Shown: positions 16,174 through 24,676 of the stretch, piece by piece | Position numbering within the stretch: the stretch's first letter is position 1 | Layout of the letters: each line of letters begins with the position of its first letter | Source: Pseudomonas phage Persinger | Sequence record: MT613935.1 | DNA: 44,033 nucleotides | Direction: 5' to 3' (one strand) | The notes under the pieces: model-generated | Database searches by the model: none | Told to the model about the DNA's origin: nothing | Seen by the model: the letters and a program-made list of their open reading frames with translations, nothing else | Made by a program: the position numbers and the translations under genes

Positions 16174-16408
16174 GTTTAAACACTCCGTGGTTGATGAATT
16201 TGCAGCCGGCAGAGCCGACGCGGTGGGGGAAGTGGTAGCCGTCGCAGTGGCAGGTGCGCGGGTGGTTCTTGCGCTCGTTCATCCACCGATCAGGCCGGAA
16301 ATCGCGGGCGCCGCAGTTCCCGCATCGTGGCTGTACCTGGTACGCATCCGGGTGTCGTTTCAACGCCCGGCGCGACCCACAGCGGCGGCAGCGGCAGTGG
16401 GTTTTCAT
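16157..16408 (-). CDS. Cys/His-rich zinc-finger protein (83 aa)
   Basis: CRCRRCGS...CGNCG...CHCDGYHFPH...GC. Confidence 0.45.
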   Translation of the reverse strand: MKTHCRCRRCGSRRALKRHPDAYQVQPRCGNCGARDFRPDRWMNERKNHPRTCHCDGYHFPHRVGSAGCKFINHGVFKHGNDL

Positions 16409-16627
16409 TTACACGGCGCGCCAGTCGCTACCGGAAACGACCAGCTTGCTGCCGTCGCTGAACGTCCAGGTAGTGGCCTCGTTCTCCCAGTCCTGTACAC
16501 CTTCGCAGAACTGGTCGGCCGCACGCATGGCGTCGTCGGCGTCAATTGCGGTGGTAGCGATTGCCACAGCGGTGCTGGTGGTGGCCAGGCTGGTGGCGGA
16601 AATATTGGTGTCGGCGGTCATGTCCAT
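16409..16627 (-). CDS. Hypothetical acidic protein, first gene of the second early operon
   Basis: Start at Met 16627 (MDMTADTNISATS...) behind AAGAGGAA RBS. The track's longer ORF translates the conserved promoter block. Confidence 0.4.
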   Translation of the reverse strand: MDMTADTNISATSLATTSTAVAIATTAIDADDAMRAADQFCEGVQDWENEATTWTFSDGSKLVVSGSDWRAV

Positions 16628-16651
16628 GGCGCGTTCCTCTTGGCGGTGTTG

Positions 16652-16706
16652 CGTTTCGTTGAAATGATTTTCGCCGTTTCCATCCGTAAACATCCAATTG
16701 ATTTTC
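16652..16706 (-). promoter_or_regulatory. Conserved promoter/operator block, copy 2 (degenerate palindrome GTTTCCATCCGTAAAC)
   Basis: Minus strand reads AATCAATTGGATGTTTACGGATGGAAACGGCGAAAATCATTTCAACGAAACGC, near-identical to 7751-7806. Lies between the helicase stop and the 16627 start. Confidence 0.5.
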
Positions 16707-16710
16707 GCTA

Positions 16711-18172
16711 TCAGCGCCGCCGGCCTGCGAAAACTTTTCGCGCCCAGGCCATCGGCGAGCTGTAGCCACGGCGGTGACCCAGCGCCACCAGCTCGTCCAG
16801 GGTCTTGGCCTCGGCCTGTTCGCGTGCACGTTCGCGACGGATGCGCGCCTTGTCGTCGTCGGTCATTTCGCGCAGCTCGCCTTCGGCTACTTCCATCGGC
16901 TTTTCTTCGCGCTTCAGCAGCTTTTGGCAGTATGGGCAGCAGTCCGGCAGCGGACGGCGGATGGCGTTAAAACAGCCTTCGCAGATGACTGGCGGCGGTG
17001 GTCCGTTGTCGTTCGATGCCTTGCCCTTCTCGCGCCCTTCCAGTGACCATTCGCGGTCATCGTCAGGGAAGCCGTGGCGCATGGCGTTGCCGGCGTGGTC
17101 CAGGATGACGGCGACTTTGCCAGGTGCTGGGCGCAGCGCTCGGCCGACTTGCTGCAGGTGCAGCGACAGCGATTGCGTCGGCCTGGCCTGGATAACCGCG
17201 TCAATGGTCACGTCCTGCTGTGCGATGGCCGACAGGTCGAAGCCTTCGCCGAACAGGTCAACGTTCGTCAGCACCTGGATACGTCCGGCGGCATAACCCT
17301 GGATGATGCTCTTTCGCTCGCCCTTGGGCGTGCCGCCGTCCAGGTGCGCAGCTGGGATGCCTGCCAGGTTGAACTGCTCGGCCAGGTGCTGGCTGTGCGC
17401 GACAGTGACGCCGAACGCCACGGTGCGCATGCCCTCGGCGTACTTGCGCCAGTGGCTGATGATGTTGCCGGTTAGCTTCGGCTTGTCCATCTTTTCTGCG
17501 GCGTCTTTCTTGCCGAAGTCGCCCATCTTCCGGCGAACGCCCTTCATGTCCGGCACGTCCGGCGCGAACACGCGGTAATGCGATAGGTGCCCTTGGTCGA
17601 TCAGCCAGCCAACGGATGGACCAAGCACGATTTCGTCAAAGTGGTCATCAAGGCCCTGGCCATCCAGGCGCTGCGGCGTGGCCGACAGGCCGACAACATA
17701 GGCGCCATTCTCGCTCAGCCACTGGATGACCAGCGCCCAACCTGCGGCGCCACTATGGTGCGCTTCGTCCACGATGGCGACCTTGGGCGGTATCAGCTGA
17801 GCCAGGCGGTTCTTTAGGGTGTCGATGCTCGCAATCTGCACCAGCTCGCGCAGGTTCATTGGCTGGCCGGCGGCGATGAAGGCGTGGGCGATGCCGAACT
17901 TGCGGAACGTCAAGCTGGTCTGTAGCACCAGTTCGGCGCGGTGGCAGATGAACCAGCAGCCCTGGTTCCTGGCGGCAGTCTCCCAGTTCGGCGCGGTGGC
18001 AGATGAACCAGCAGCCCTGGTTCCTGGCGGCAGTCTCGCCTGCCATGAACGACGCCAGGGCGGTTTTCCCTGCGCCGGTCGGAGCCTGCAGCAGCACACG
18101 CCGCGACCTGCGCATGGCCTGCCTAGCCTTCTGGATTATGTCCTGCTGATAGTCACGCAGCTGAATTGCCAT
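16711..18172 (-). pseudogene. SF2 (DEAD/DEAH, SNF2/type-III-res-like) helicase, frameshifted by a 55-bp tandem duplication
   Basis: N-terminal ORF (17753-18172: DYQQDII...LLQAPTGAGKT) and C-terminal ORF (16711-18099) both contain ETAARNQGCWFICHRAEL. Removing one 55-bp repeat unit restores a single helicase reading frame. Motifs DEAH (VDEAHH), SAT (LSATP), arginine finger region QQVGRALR. Confidence 0.7.
17928..18037. repeat. Perfect tandem duplication, 2 x 55 bp
   Basis: CCAGTTCGGCGCGGTGGCAGATGAACCAGCAGCCCTGGTTCCTGGCGGCAGTCTC occurs twice back to back (17928-17982 and 17983-18037). 55 is not a multiple of 3. Confidence 0.9.
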
Positions 18173-18238
18173 AATTTGAATTCATCATGGGTAACGGAGG
18201 TTAACCGACAGTATACAGAAGTAATCGGAAGGAATGCC

Positions 18239-18646
18239 ATGCCCAAAAGCTTAAAAAACGCCGAGCATCGCGCAGTAGTCATGAAAATGACCATAGAAAT
18301 TGTCGTCACGTTCTGTAAAGCCTATTTCGACAGCGCGCGGCCGGCGGATCGCGTCAATGACATGCTGATTTGTGGGGCGCTGGTGGTCGGCCAGGCAGAG
18401 GGGCACCCGCTGAATGCGTCGAAGGTTTCAGAGTGGACGACGATGGCCAGGCCAACGGTCATCAGACGCCTTGCCGTGCTTGAGAAAAAGGGGTTCGTGC
18501 AGCGTCACGGAAATGTGTTCAGGGTTAGTGACGACAGGGTTAACGCAGGGGCGATTGAGGAGGCAGGAAAGGCGGCGCGCGGGCTTATCCTGAACGCAGC
18601 CGCGCAACTGTCCAAACTGGACACTAAGGGCGTTGCTCGGCGCTGA
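18239..18646 (+). CDS. Winged-helix transcriptional regulator (candidate immunity/switch regulator)
   Basis: 135 aa. NASKVSEWTTMARPTVIRRLAVLEKKGFVQRHGNVFRV: wHTH. Sits alone between the divergent minus-strand early operon and the plus-strand recombination operon. AGGAA RBS. Palindromes GGTTAACC / GTATAC in the 66-bp gap to the helicase start. Confidence 0.5.
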   Translation: MPKSLKNAEHRAVVMKMTIEIVVTFCKAYFDSARPADRVNDMLICGALVVGQAEGHPLNASKVSEWTTMARPTVIRRLAVLEKKGFVQRHGNVFRVSDDRVNAGAIEEAGKAARGLILNAAAQLSKLDTKGVARR

Positions 18647-18764
18647 ACCGTAGCAATATCTTTACTTCCAGTGATCTTGCGTTACGGGGTTGCAACCTAA
18701 ATGAATACTCAGCTATGCTTCATCTGCCATCACGGCCAATAACCAATAATCACGGAATCAAACC

Positions 18765-19889
18765 ATGAAACCAGGCGTTTATCCCGGCATCCCGAATGCC
18801 GACTACCACGGCGGCCCCGGCATCAGTAAGTCGGGGCTGGACCTGATCCACCGCAGCCCGATGCACTATCATGCCGTGGTCACGTCGGCGAACGACAACC
18901 GCGAACCGACCGCAGCCCAGGCGTTCGGCACTGCTGCGCATTCGCTCATTCTGGAGCCGGCAGAATTCGTGAAGGAATACTGCCTGGCTCTGCGCCAGGC
19001 CGACGTTCCGCACGCCATTGATGACCGCGACCAGCTGGTGGCGATGGTGGCCAAGCTGAACGAAAACCGTTTGCCGAAACTGGCAACCACCGGAAGCAAG
19101 GCCGAGCAAATCGAACGCATCCTGGATGCGCAGCCGCAGGAAACCTGGACGCCCGACCAGTTGGACAAGATGAAGGGAGCCGAGCTGAAAGAGATTCTGA
19201 ACCAGCTGAACGTCAATCGCCCTGGCCTGCTGCCCACCAGCGGCAACCGCCACGAACTGGCCGAGCTGCTGCGCGACAACGGCGTGGAAGTCACGCTGTG
19301 GTCGGACGTGCAGGCCGAGTGGTCGAAGAACAACGGAACCCGCACGGTGCTGACCCAGGAACAATGGGACCAGCTGCACGCGATGCGTGACGCGGTGATG
19401 GCGCACCCAGCCGCCGGCAAGCTGCTGACGGGCGTTCCTGGCGTTGCCGAACTGTCCGTGTACTGGAACGACCCGATGACCGGCGTTCTGTGCCGCTGCC
19501 GCCCCGACTGGTGGCGCGAAGATGACCTGCTGGTGGACCTGAAGACCACCGACGACGCCAGCCTGGAAGGGTTCGCCAGGTCGATTGCGAACTGGCGCTA
19601 TGACGTGCAGGCGCCTTTCTATCTCGACGGCGTGCGCATCGCCACCGGCCGCAAGCCTCGCGGGTTCGTGTTCATCGCCGTGGAGAAAAAGCCGCCGTAT
19701 GCGGTGGGCGTATACGTCCTCGACGCGGAAAGCCTGGAACTCGGCCGCGCCCAGTATATCGCCGACCTGAAGCGCTATGCCGAGTGCGAGCGGACGAACA
19801 CCTGGCCTGGATACGGCGACAAAATCCAGACCATCAGCGTGCCGGCCTGGCACGCGAACAAGAACGCGCATCTGCTCGATGCGTCCTGA
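18765..19889 (+). CDS. PD-(D/E)xK exonuclease (YqaJ / lambda-Exo / RecE-like) with N-terminal SAP-like motif
   Basis: 374 aa. PDWWREDDLLVDLKTT nuclease core. ELKEILNQLNVNRPGLL SAP/HeH-like. SANDNREP near the N-terminus. Followed by a Sak4-like annealase. Confidence 0.65.
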   Translation: MKPGVYPGIPNADYHGGPGISKSGLDLIHRSPMHYHAVVTSANDNREPTAAQAFGTAAHSLILEPAEFVKEYCLALRQADVPHAIDDRDQLVAMVAKLNENRLPKLATTGSKAEQIERILDAQPQETWTPDQLDKMKGAELKEILNQLNVNRPGLLPTSGNRHELAELLRDNGVEVTLWSDVQAEWSKNNGTRTVLTQEQWDQLHAMRDAVMAHPAAGKLLTGVPGVAELSVYWNDPMTGVLCRCRPDWWREDDLLVDLKTTDDASLEGFARSIANWRYDVQAPFYLDGVRIATGRKPRGFVFIAVEKKPPYAVGVYVLDAESLELGRAQYIADLKRYAECERTNTWPGYGDKIQTISVPAWHANKNAHLLDAS

Positions 19890-19916
19890 CTATCAGTGAA
19901 CGAGAACCTATAGAAA

Positions 19917-20894
19917 ATGGCAATCTTCAAGATCGAAGACGCCGAGCGCGAAGGCGCGCGGCTGGTCCTGGGCATCGGCGGCGTTTCCGGCAGCGGCAAG
20001 ACCTATTCCGCGCTGCAGGTGGCCTGGGGCTTGGCGAACTACGACAGTTCGAAAGTCGGCCTTATCTGCACCGAAAACCGCCGTGGGCGCCTGTACGCGG
20101 ATATCCTGGTGGACGCGCAGGGCAAGGTGCACAAGTTCAAGGTCGGCGACCTGACGCCGCCGTTCAGCCCCCAGCGCTACGTCGAAGCCATCCAGGCGTT
20201 CGTCGCGGCCGGCGTGGAAGTGCTGGTAATCGACAGCGTTTCGCACGAATGGGAAGGGCAGGGCGGCTGCGAAGATATCGCGCACGCTGGCAATAGCCGG
20301 AACCCGGAGTGGAACAAGGCGAAGCGCGAACACAAGTCCTTCATGAACGCCATGCTGCAGTCGCCGGTCCACGTTATCGCCTGCATGCGTGCACGCGAAA
20401 AGGTGAAGCTGGAAAAGGACGGCCAGGGAAAGACCCAGTACGTGCCGCAGGGCGTGCTGCCGATCCAGGAAAAGAACTTCACGTTCGAACTGACCGCCAG
20501 CCTGATGATGTGGAACGGCGGCCACCAGCGCGAAATCCTGAAGTGCCCCGCCGAGCTGATTCCGATCTTCGGCACGCCTGGCGAGTGGGCGGAAGGCTAC
20601 CTGACCCACGAACACGGTAAGCGCCTGCGCGACTGGGTGGACGGCGGCAAGCACCTGGACCCGGAAGTGCAGCGCGCGCGCGACAGCCTGCAGATGGCCT
20701 GCGAACAGGGCATGGACGCGCTGGTGGCTGCGTGGAAAGCGCTGCCGCCGCAGATGAAGAAAGCCATCAGCCCGGACGGCAAGGGTTGCCCCGATGACCT
20801 GAAGCGCTCGGCGGAAGCCTTCGACCAGCAGCGGCAAGCTGGCCACGATGACCAGGCCGCCGTCGATGATCTGAACGCACAGGTGCTGGGATAA
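19917..20894 (+). CDS. Sak4-like RecA-fold ATPase (single-strand annealing / AAA_24)
   Basis: Walker A GGVSGSGKT, Walker B VLVIDSVSH. Typical partner of a YqaJ exonuclease and SSB in phage recombination modules. Confidence 0.65.
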   Translation: MAIFKIEDAEREGARLVLGIGGVSGSGKTYSALQVAWGLANYDSSKVGLICTENRRGRLYADILVDAQGKVHKFKVGDLTPPFSPQRYVEAIQAFVAAGVEVLVIDSVSHEWEGQGGCEDIAHAGNSRNPEWNKAKREHKSFMNAMLQSPVHVIACMRAREKVKLEKDGQGKTQYVPQGVLPIQEKNFTFELTASLMMWNGGHQREILKCPAELIPIFGTPGEWAEGYLTHEHGKRLRDWVDGGKHLDPEVQRARDSLQMACEQGMDALVAAWKALPPQMKKAISPDGKGCPDDLKRSAEAFDQQRQAGHDDQAAVDDLNAQVLG

Positions 20895-20929
20895 TCCCAG
20901 CACCACCCAACCAGGAAAGGAAAGACGAA

Positions 20930-21148
20930 ATGGGACAAGCTGCCGAATACCTGACGCCTGCCGAACTGGCGAAGCGCTGGGGTGGTGCTGTGACCACCGG
21001 CACGCTGGCGAACTGGCGCAGTAAGGGCACCGGCCCGGCCTTCGCGAAGTTCGGTAGCCGTGTCCGGTATCCGCTGGCAAAGGTGGTGGAGTGGGAAACC
21101 GCGAACCTGCACCTGGTCGGCGCAAACGATAACGAACAGGGGAACTGA
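20930..21148 (+). CDS. Excisionase/AlpA-type HTH DNA-binding protein (72 aa), C-terminal GANDNEQGN
   Basis: LTPAELAKRWGGAVTTGTLANWRSKGTGPAFAKFGSRVRYPLAKVVEW: HTH_17-like. Confidence 0.5.
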   Translation: MGQAAEYLTPAELAKRWGGAVTTGTLANWRSKGTGPAFAKFGSRVRYPLAKVVEWETANLHLVGANDNEQGN

Positions 21149-21150
21149 AA

Positions 21151-21549
21151 GTGGACAACGTGAAGGGTTACGAACAGCTGACCAACGTTCTGGCGCGGGC
21201 GTTCAACCAGGCCGCAGTCGGAAAGGGTGCCGAGCGTCACGCGAACGACAAGCCGTTTCATGAACAGCCGATGCAAAAGATTGCCGAACGGCGAGGCATC
21301 GGATTCATCCTCGGCCAGGCCGACAAAAAGTCGGAAGAGGCGCAGGGCATGGCGGAACGCGGCGAGCGCGACGCCGCAGTGCGCGAGCTGCTGGGCGCAA
21401 TCAACTACCTGTCCGGCGCCATCATCTTCCTGGAACGCCAGCAATCGACGGAGCCGATAGCGGCGAACGACAATAAGCAGTACGACAAATGCATAGTCTG
21501 CGGCGCCCGCGACTTGATGCATCATGCAGGGTGCCCACGCAATGACTGA
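21151..21549 (+). CDS. Hypothetical protein (132 aa) with C-terminal CxxC...HHAGC and AANDNK
   Basis: KGAERHANDKPFHEQPMQKIAERRGIGFILGQADKK. No confident family. Confidence 0.45.
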   Translation: MDNVKGYEQLTNVLARAFNQAAVGKGAERHANDKPFHEQPMQKIAERRGIGFILGQADKKSEEAQGMAERGERDAAVRELLGAINYLSGAIIFLERQQSTEPIAANDNKQYDKCIVCGARDLMHHAGCPRND

Positions 21550-21754
21550 CGTATTCGACCAAGCGAGCGAACGCGAGCAGATGGACCGAGAACTGGCGAT
21601 CAAGGAAGCGCTGCGGCGCGCCAAGCTGTCCGTCCTGGTGCCGAACGGTCGCTGCTACAACTGCATGGAACCGATAGCGCACCCGAAGCTGTTCTGCGAC
21701 GCGGACTGTTCGGCCGACCATGAAGTGCGCATGCGCGCACGTCGGCGCAACTGA
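21542..21754 (+). CDS. TraR/DksA-family C4 zinc-finger protein
   Basis: Start at Met 21542 (ATGACTGA overlap). ...GRCYNCMEPIAHPKLFCDADCSADHEV: CxxC...CxxxC with the TraR-like acidic N-helix. Confidence 0.55.
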   Translation: MTDVFDQASEREQMDRELAIKEALRRAKLSVLVPNGRCYNCMEPIAHPKLFCDADCSADHEVRMRARRRN

Positions 21755-21806
21755 TTTCAAACCCTGCGGCCGGTGCGAGCTGGCCGCCACTACTGAGATT
21801 ATCGAA

Positions 21807-22256
21807 ATGCTACTGAACGGACTTGCACGCCTCGGGCGTGATGCTGAACTTCGCCGCACCCAATCCGGCGAAGCTGTGTCGAACCTGTCGCTGGCCTACA
21901 ACTACGGCATGAAGGACCAGCAGACCGGAAACAGGCCCGCCCAGTGGGTGGAAGCCGCACTGTGGGGGCGCCAGGCAGAAGCGCTCCAGCAGTACCTGCT
22001 GAAAGGAACCCAGGTGGTCGTCGCCCTGCGCGATGTGCACCTGGAAACCTTCCAGCGCCAGGACGGCAGCAGCGGCACCAAGCTGGTGGGCACCGTGCTG
22101 CAGTTGGAGCTGGCCGGCAGCCGCCAGGACAGCGGCGAGCAACAGCAGCAACAGCAGCGCCCGCCGCAGCAGCAGCGGCCACAGCAGGCACCGCAGCAGC
22201 GCCCCGCACCGCCCGCGCAGGATTACGACAGCTTCGACGACGATACCCCGTTCTAG
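21807..22256 (+). CDS. ssb: Single-stranded DNA-binding protein (SSB)
   Basis: OB-fold region alignable to bacterial SSB (NGLARLGRDAELRRTQSGEAVSNLSLA...). Gln/Pro-rich linker. Canonical acidic tip DSFDDDTPF. Start could be earlier (ATG 21720). Confidence 0.75.
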   Translation: MLLNGLARLGRDAELRRTQSGEAVSNLSLAYNYGMKDQQTGNRPAQWVEAALWGRQAEALQQYLLKGTQVVVALRDVHLETFQRQDGSSGTKLVGTVLQLELAGSRQDSGEQQQQQQRPPQQQRPQQAPQQRPAPPAQDYDSFDDDTPF

Positions 22257-22351
22257 TTCTAAGTAATCGCGCGCTTATAGCCCGTCATTATTGGCGGGCT
22301 ATAAGCGCGCCTACCATTTCACTGCGTTTAAACACATTAGGACTTGAGACT

Positions 22352-23041
22352 ATGAACCGTGAAACGTGGTTGAACCTGCTTGCCGACAAGATGGCGCCGC
22401 GCTTTGCTGAAATGGGTTTCCCGCTGCCGAAATTCCGTGTGTCGGTCGGCTTCGGCGCCGCCGGCCAGCGCTCCAGAACTGCTGCCGAAGTCTGGAACGC
22501 AGCCTGCAGCGAAGATGGAACGTTTGAAATTCTCATCATGCCGGACCAGGTGGACGCTGACCTGGTTGCCTGCCACCTGGCGCACGAACTGACCCATACG
22601 GCGGTCGGCTTCGAACAGGGGCACAAGGGCGATTTCGCCAGGGTGGCGCTGGCGCTCGGCATGAACCGGCCGATGACGGCCACCACGCCAGGACCAGCGT
22701 TCAAGGAATGGGTGGCGCCGTTCCTGGCTGAGTTGGGACCGATGCCGCACGCCAAGCTGCGATTTGATCGCGGCCTGGGTGAATCGGCACCAGCTGCGCC
22801 GAAGAGTGGCAGCCAGGACCAGCCGGAAGGCGCAGCGCCTGCTGCCAGGACGCCGCGTCGTGCTGGCGAGTCCACCAGGCCGCCGAAGCAAACCACCAGG
22901 CTGAAGAAAGCCGAGTGCAGCCAGTGCGGCTACACGGTGCGCGTGACCAGCAAGTGGCTGGAAGTCGGCCCGCCGCACTGCCCGAAGCATGGGGCCATGG
23001 ACTGCGACGTGGACCTGCCGGACGGTGGCGACGATGAATAA
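22352..23041 (+). CDS. SprT-like zinc metalloprotease with C-terminal zinc ribbon
   Basis: HExxH (LVACHLAHELTHTAV) preceded by FRVSVGFGAAGQRSRTAAEVW, as in SprT. C-terminal CSQCGYTVRVTSKWLEVGPPHCPKHG ribbon. Confidence 0.45.
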   Translation: MNRETWLNLLADKMAPRFAEMGFPLPKFRVSVGFGAAGQRSRTAAEVWNAACSEDGTFEILIMPDQVDADLVACHLAHELTHTAVGFEQGHKGDFARVALALGMNRPMTATTPGPAFKEWVAPFLAELGPMPHAKLRFDRGLGESAPAAPKSGSQDQPEGAAPAARTPRRAGESTRPPKQTTRLKKAECSQCGYTVRVTSKWLEVGPPHCPKHGAMDCDVDLPDGGDDE

Positions 23042-23252
23042 GCGCTGCAAGTGCTGCAGGAATGACAAGCCGCTGGATGCGTTCGGCCCATCATCGCGGA
23101 CCAGGGACGGCCGCCTGGGCGTGTGCCGGGCGTGCCTGGCCGCCAGGAAGTCGAAGGAACGCGCCACGCCGCCGGAAGTGCGACAGGCGCGCCGCGATCT
23201 GCGGGACGAACAGATGGCGGACGCCTGGGCGCGGATGCACGACGCCGAGTAA
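23034..23252 (+). CDS. Small Cys-rich protein (72 aa)
   Basis: MNKRCKCCRNDKPLD...GVCRACLAARK. ATGAATAA overlap with the upstream stop. Last gene before the terminator. Confidence 0.4.
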   Translation: MNKRCKCCRNDKPLDAFGPSSRTRDGRLGVCRACLAARKSKERATPPEVRQARRDLRDEQMADAWARMHDAE

Positions 23253-23255
23253 CGA

Positions 23256-23288
23256 AAAACCCCGCCGAGTGGCGGGGTTTTTGTTTGT
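23256..23288. terminator. Bidirectional rho-independent terminator between the convergent plus-strand operon and the integrase
   Basis: AAAAA-CCCCGCC-GAGT-GGCGGGG-TTTTTGTTTGT. A-run upstream makes it functional on both strands. Confidence 0.75.
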
Positions 23289-23399
23289 GCAGTGGCAGGT
23301 CGCTAACCCTGCTTACCCCAACCGCGTGCCGTTGCCTCGTAGGGGTAGCCATCGGCAAATGCGTGTCTGCTTTCCACGCCGCACTGCCGAAACAGTGTA

Positions 23400-24644
23400 T
23401 CAAGCCTCCACGTCTGCCTGCAAATCTTCATCAGCCAGCACCTTGCCCAGCCAGGCTTCCCACTTCGCCATCGCCTCGCGCATCTGCGGCAGGTACTCGG
23501 CGCGGTCATAGTGTTTCGTGCCGGTGTCGTTCTGCGCGTGCTGCTGGATCAGGTCGCGGGTGAACCGATCCACGCCAGCGTCGTGCGCCCTGGACTTCCA
23601 GGTGCGGCGCAGGTCACGCGGCTGGAAGGGTGCGCAGCAGGTCAGGCGGGACGCGCCACGGCTGACGCTGGGAACGCCGATCAGCTCGCCCTTGGCGCCG
23701 GCCCTGGCAGGGAACAGCAGGCCGTCGCCGTGAAGCGCCTTCAGCTGGGCGAAAATCTCGACGGCCTGGCGAGGCAGCGGGATGGTATGCGGCCGCCTGC
23801 CGCCCTTCGTCTTGTGCGCAGGCATGTTCCACAGGCCAGCGTTCAGGTCCACGTCCTCGCCGGCCACCCGGATGGTTTCCAGGACGCGCTGCCCTGTAGC
23901 GATGACCAGGCGCAGCACGTCGCCGGTCTGGTCGGGCGCGGCATACCACACGGCCCGCAGTTCCTCGGCCGTCAGGTTCCGGTCGCGAACCTTGTTGGCC
24001 TCCACGTCGCGGGGCACAGCCGCCACCGGGTTCATCCTGATGCCCCAATCGCGGCGCGCCTCGGTGCGGTAATCGTGGGTGGACTTGATGCCCCAATTGA
24101 ACGCGGCTGCCATGTAGGTGCGGCAGATATCCGTCTGCCGGCGCGACCCGCGTTCGAACCCTTTCGCCAGGAACGCCGACACGTCGGCCGGCTCGATGGC
24201 TCCAGCCATGCGCTGGCGCCCCAGGCCGTCTGCGGCGTTGTACTTGCCAGTCAGCAGGGTGCGTTCGATTTCGTCGGCCCGCCTGGCGCCCTTCTGCCGA
24301 AGCGCGGCCAGGTAGGCTTTGAACAGCGCTTCCACGGTCGGCTTGTCGGCGCTGACCACCACTGCGCGCGGGTTGCGGCCGGTCTGCAGCACCTGGCGGA
24401 CCTCGGCGGCGAATGCGTCGCGAGCCTCGGCCAGCGTCATGTCGGGATAGCGTCCCAGCTGCTTGCTGGCGCGCTTGCCGTCCACCTTCCAGAACCCCAG
24501 CCAGGTTGCCGACACGCCGTCGCTGGTCGGCCGCAGGCGCAGGCGCAGGCTTCCGGTTCCACGGCCTGCGGCGCCGTCGTTCAGGGTGGTTTCGGTCGTC
24601 AGCTCGCGGATGGCGCGCTGAATTTGCTTGTCCGTCAGTGCCAT
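23400..24644 (-). CDS. int: Tyrosine integrase, P4-like
   Basis: 414 aa. N-terminal arm-binding region (LRLRLRPTSDGVSATWLGFWKVDGKRASKQLGRYPDMTLAEARDAFAAE) typical of P4-family integrases. Catalytic R...HDLRRT...Y region. Adjacent to the tRNA. Confidence 0.85.
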   Translation of the reverse strand: MALTDKQIQRAIRELTTETTLNDGAAGRGTGSLRLRLRPTSDGVSATWLGFWKVDGKRASKQLGRYPDMTLAEARDAFAAEVRQVLQTGRNPRAVVVSADKPTVEALFKAYLAALRQKGARRADEIERTLLTGKYNAADGLGRQRMAGAIEPADVSAFLAKGFERGSRRQTDICRTYMAAAFNWGIKSTHDYRTEARRDWGIRMNPVAAVPRDVEANKVRDRNLTAEELRAVWYAAPDQTGDVLRLVIATGQRVLETIRVAGEDVDLNAGLWNMPAHKTKGGRRPHTIPLPRQAVEIFAQLKALHGDGLLFPARAGAKGELIGVPSVSRGASRLTCCAPFQPRDLRRTWKSRAHDAGVDRFTRDLIQQHAQNDTGTKHYDRAEYLPQMREAMAKWEAWLGKVLADEDLQADVEA

Positions 24645-24676
24645 GTTTTGCCCTTAGCAGTTGGTCTGTACTGGGT

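Noticed and set aside
16728-16742. GCGAAAACTTTTCGC palindrome as a terminator after the helicase
   Set aside because: Lies inside the helicase coding sequence, stem too short with a 1-nt loop, no T-run.
654-21474. Diversity-generating retroelement explanation for the AAC-rich ANDN-coding repeats
   Set aside because: No reverse transcriptase, no template/variable repeat pair, and the motifs are spread over many unrelated genes rather than one target gene.
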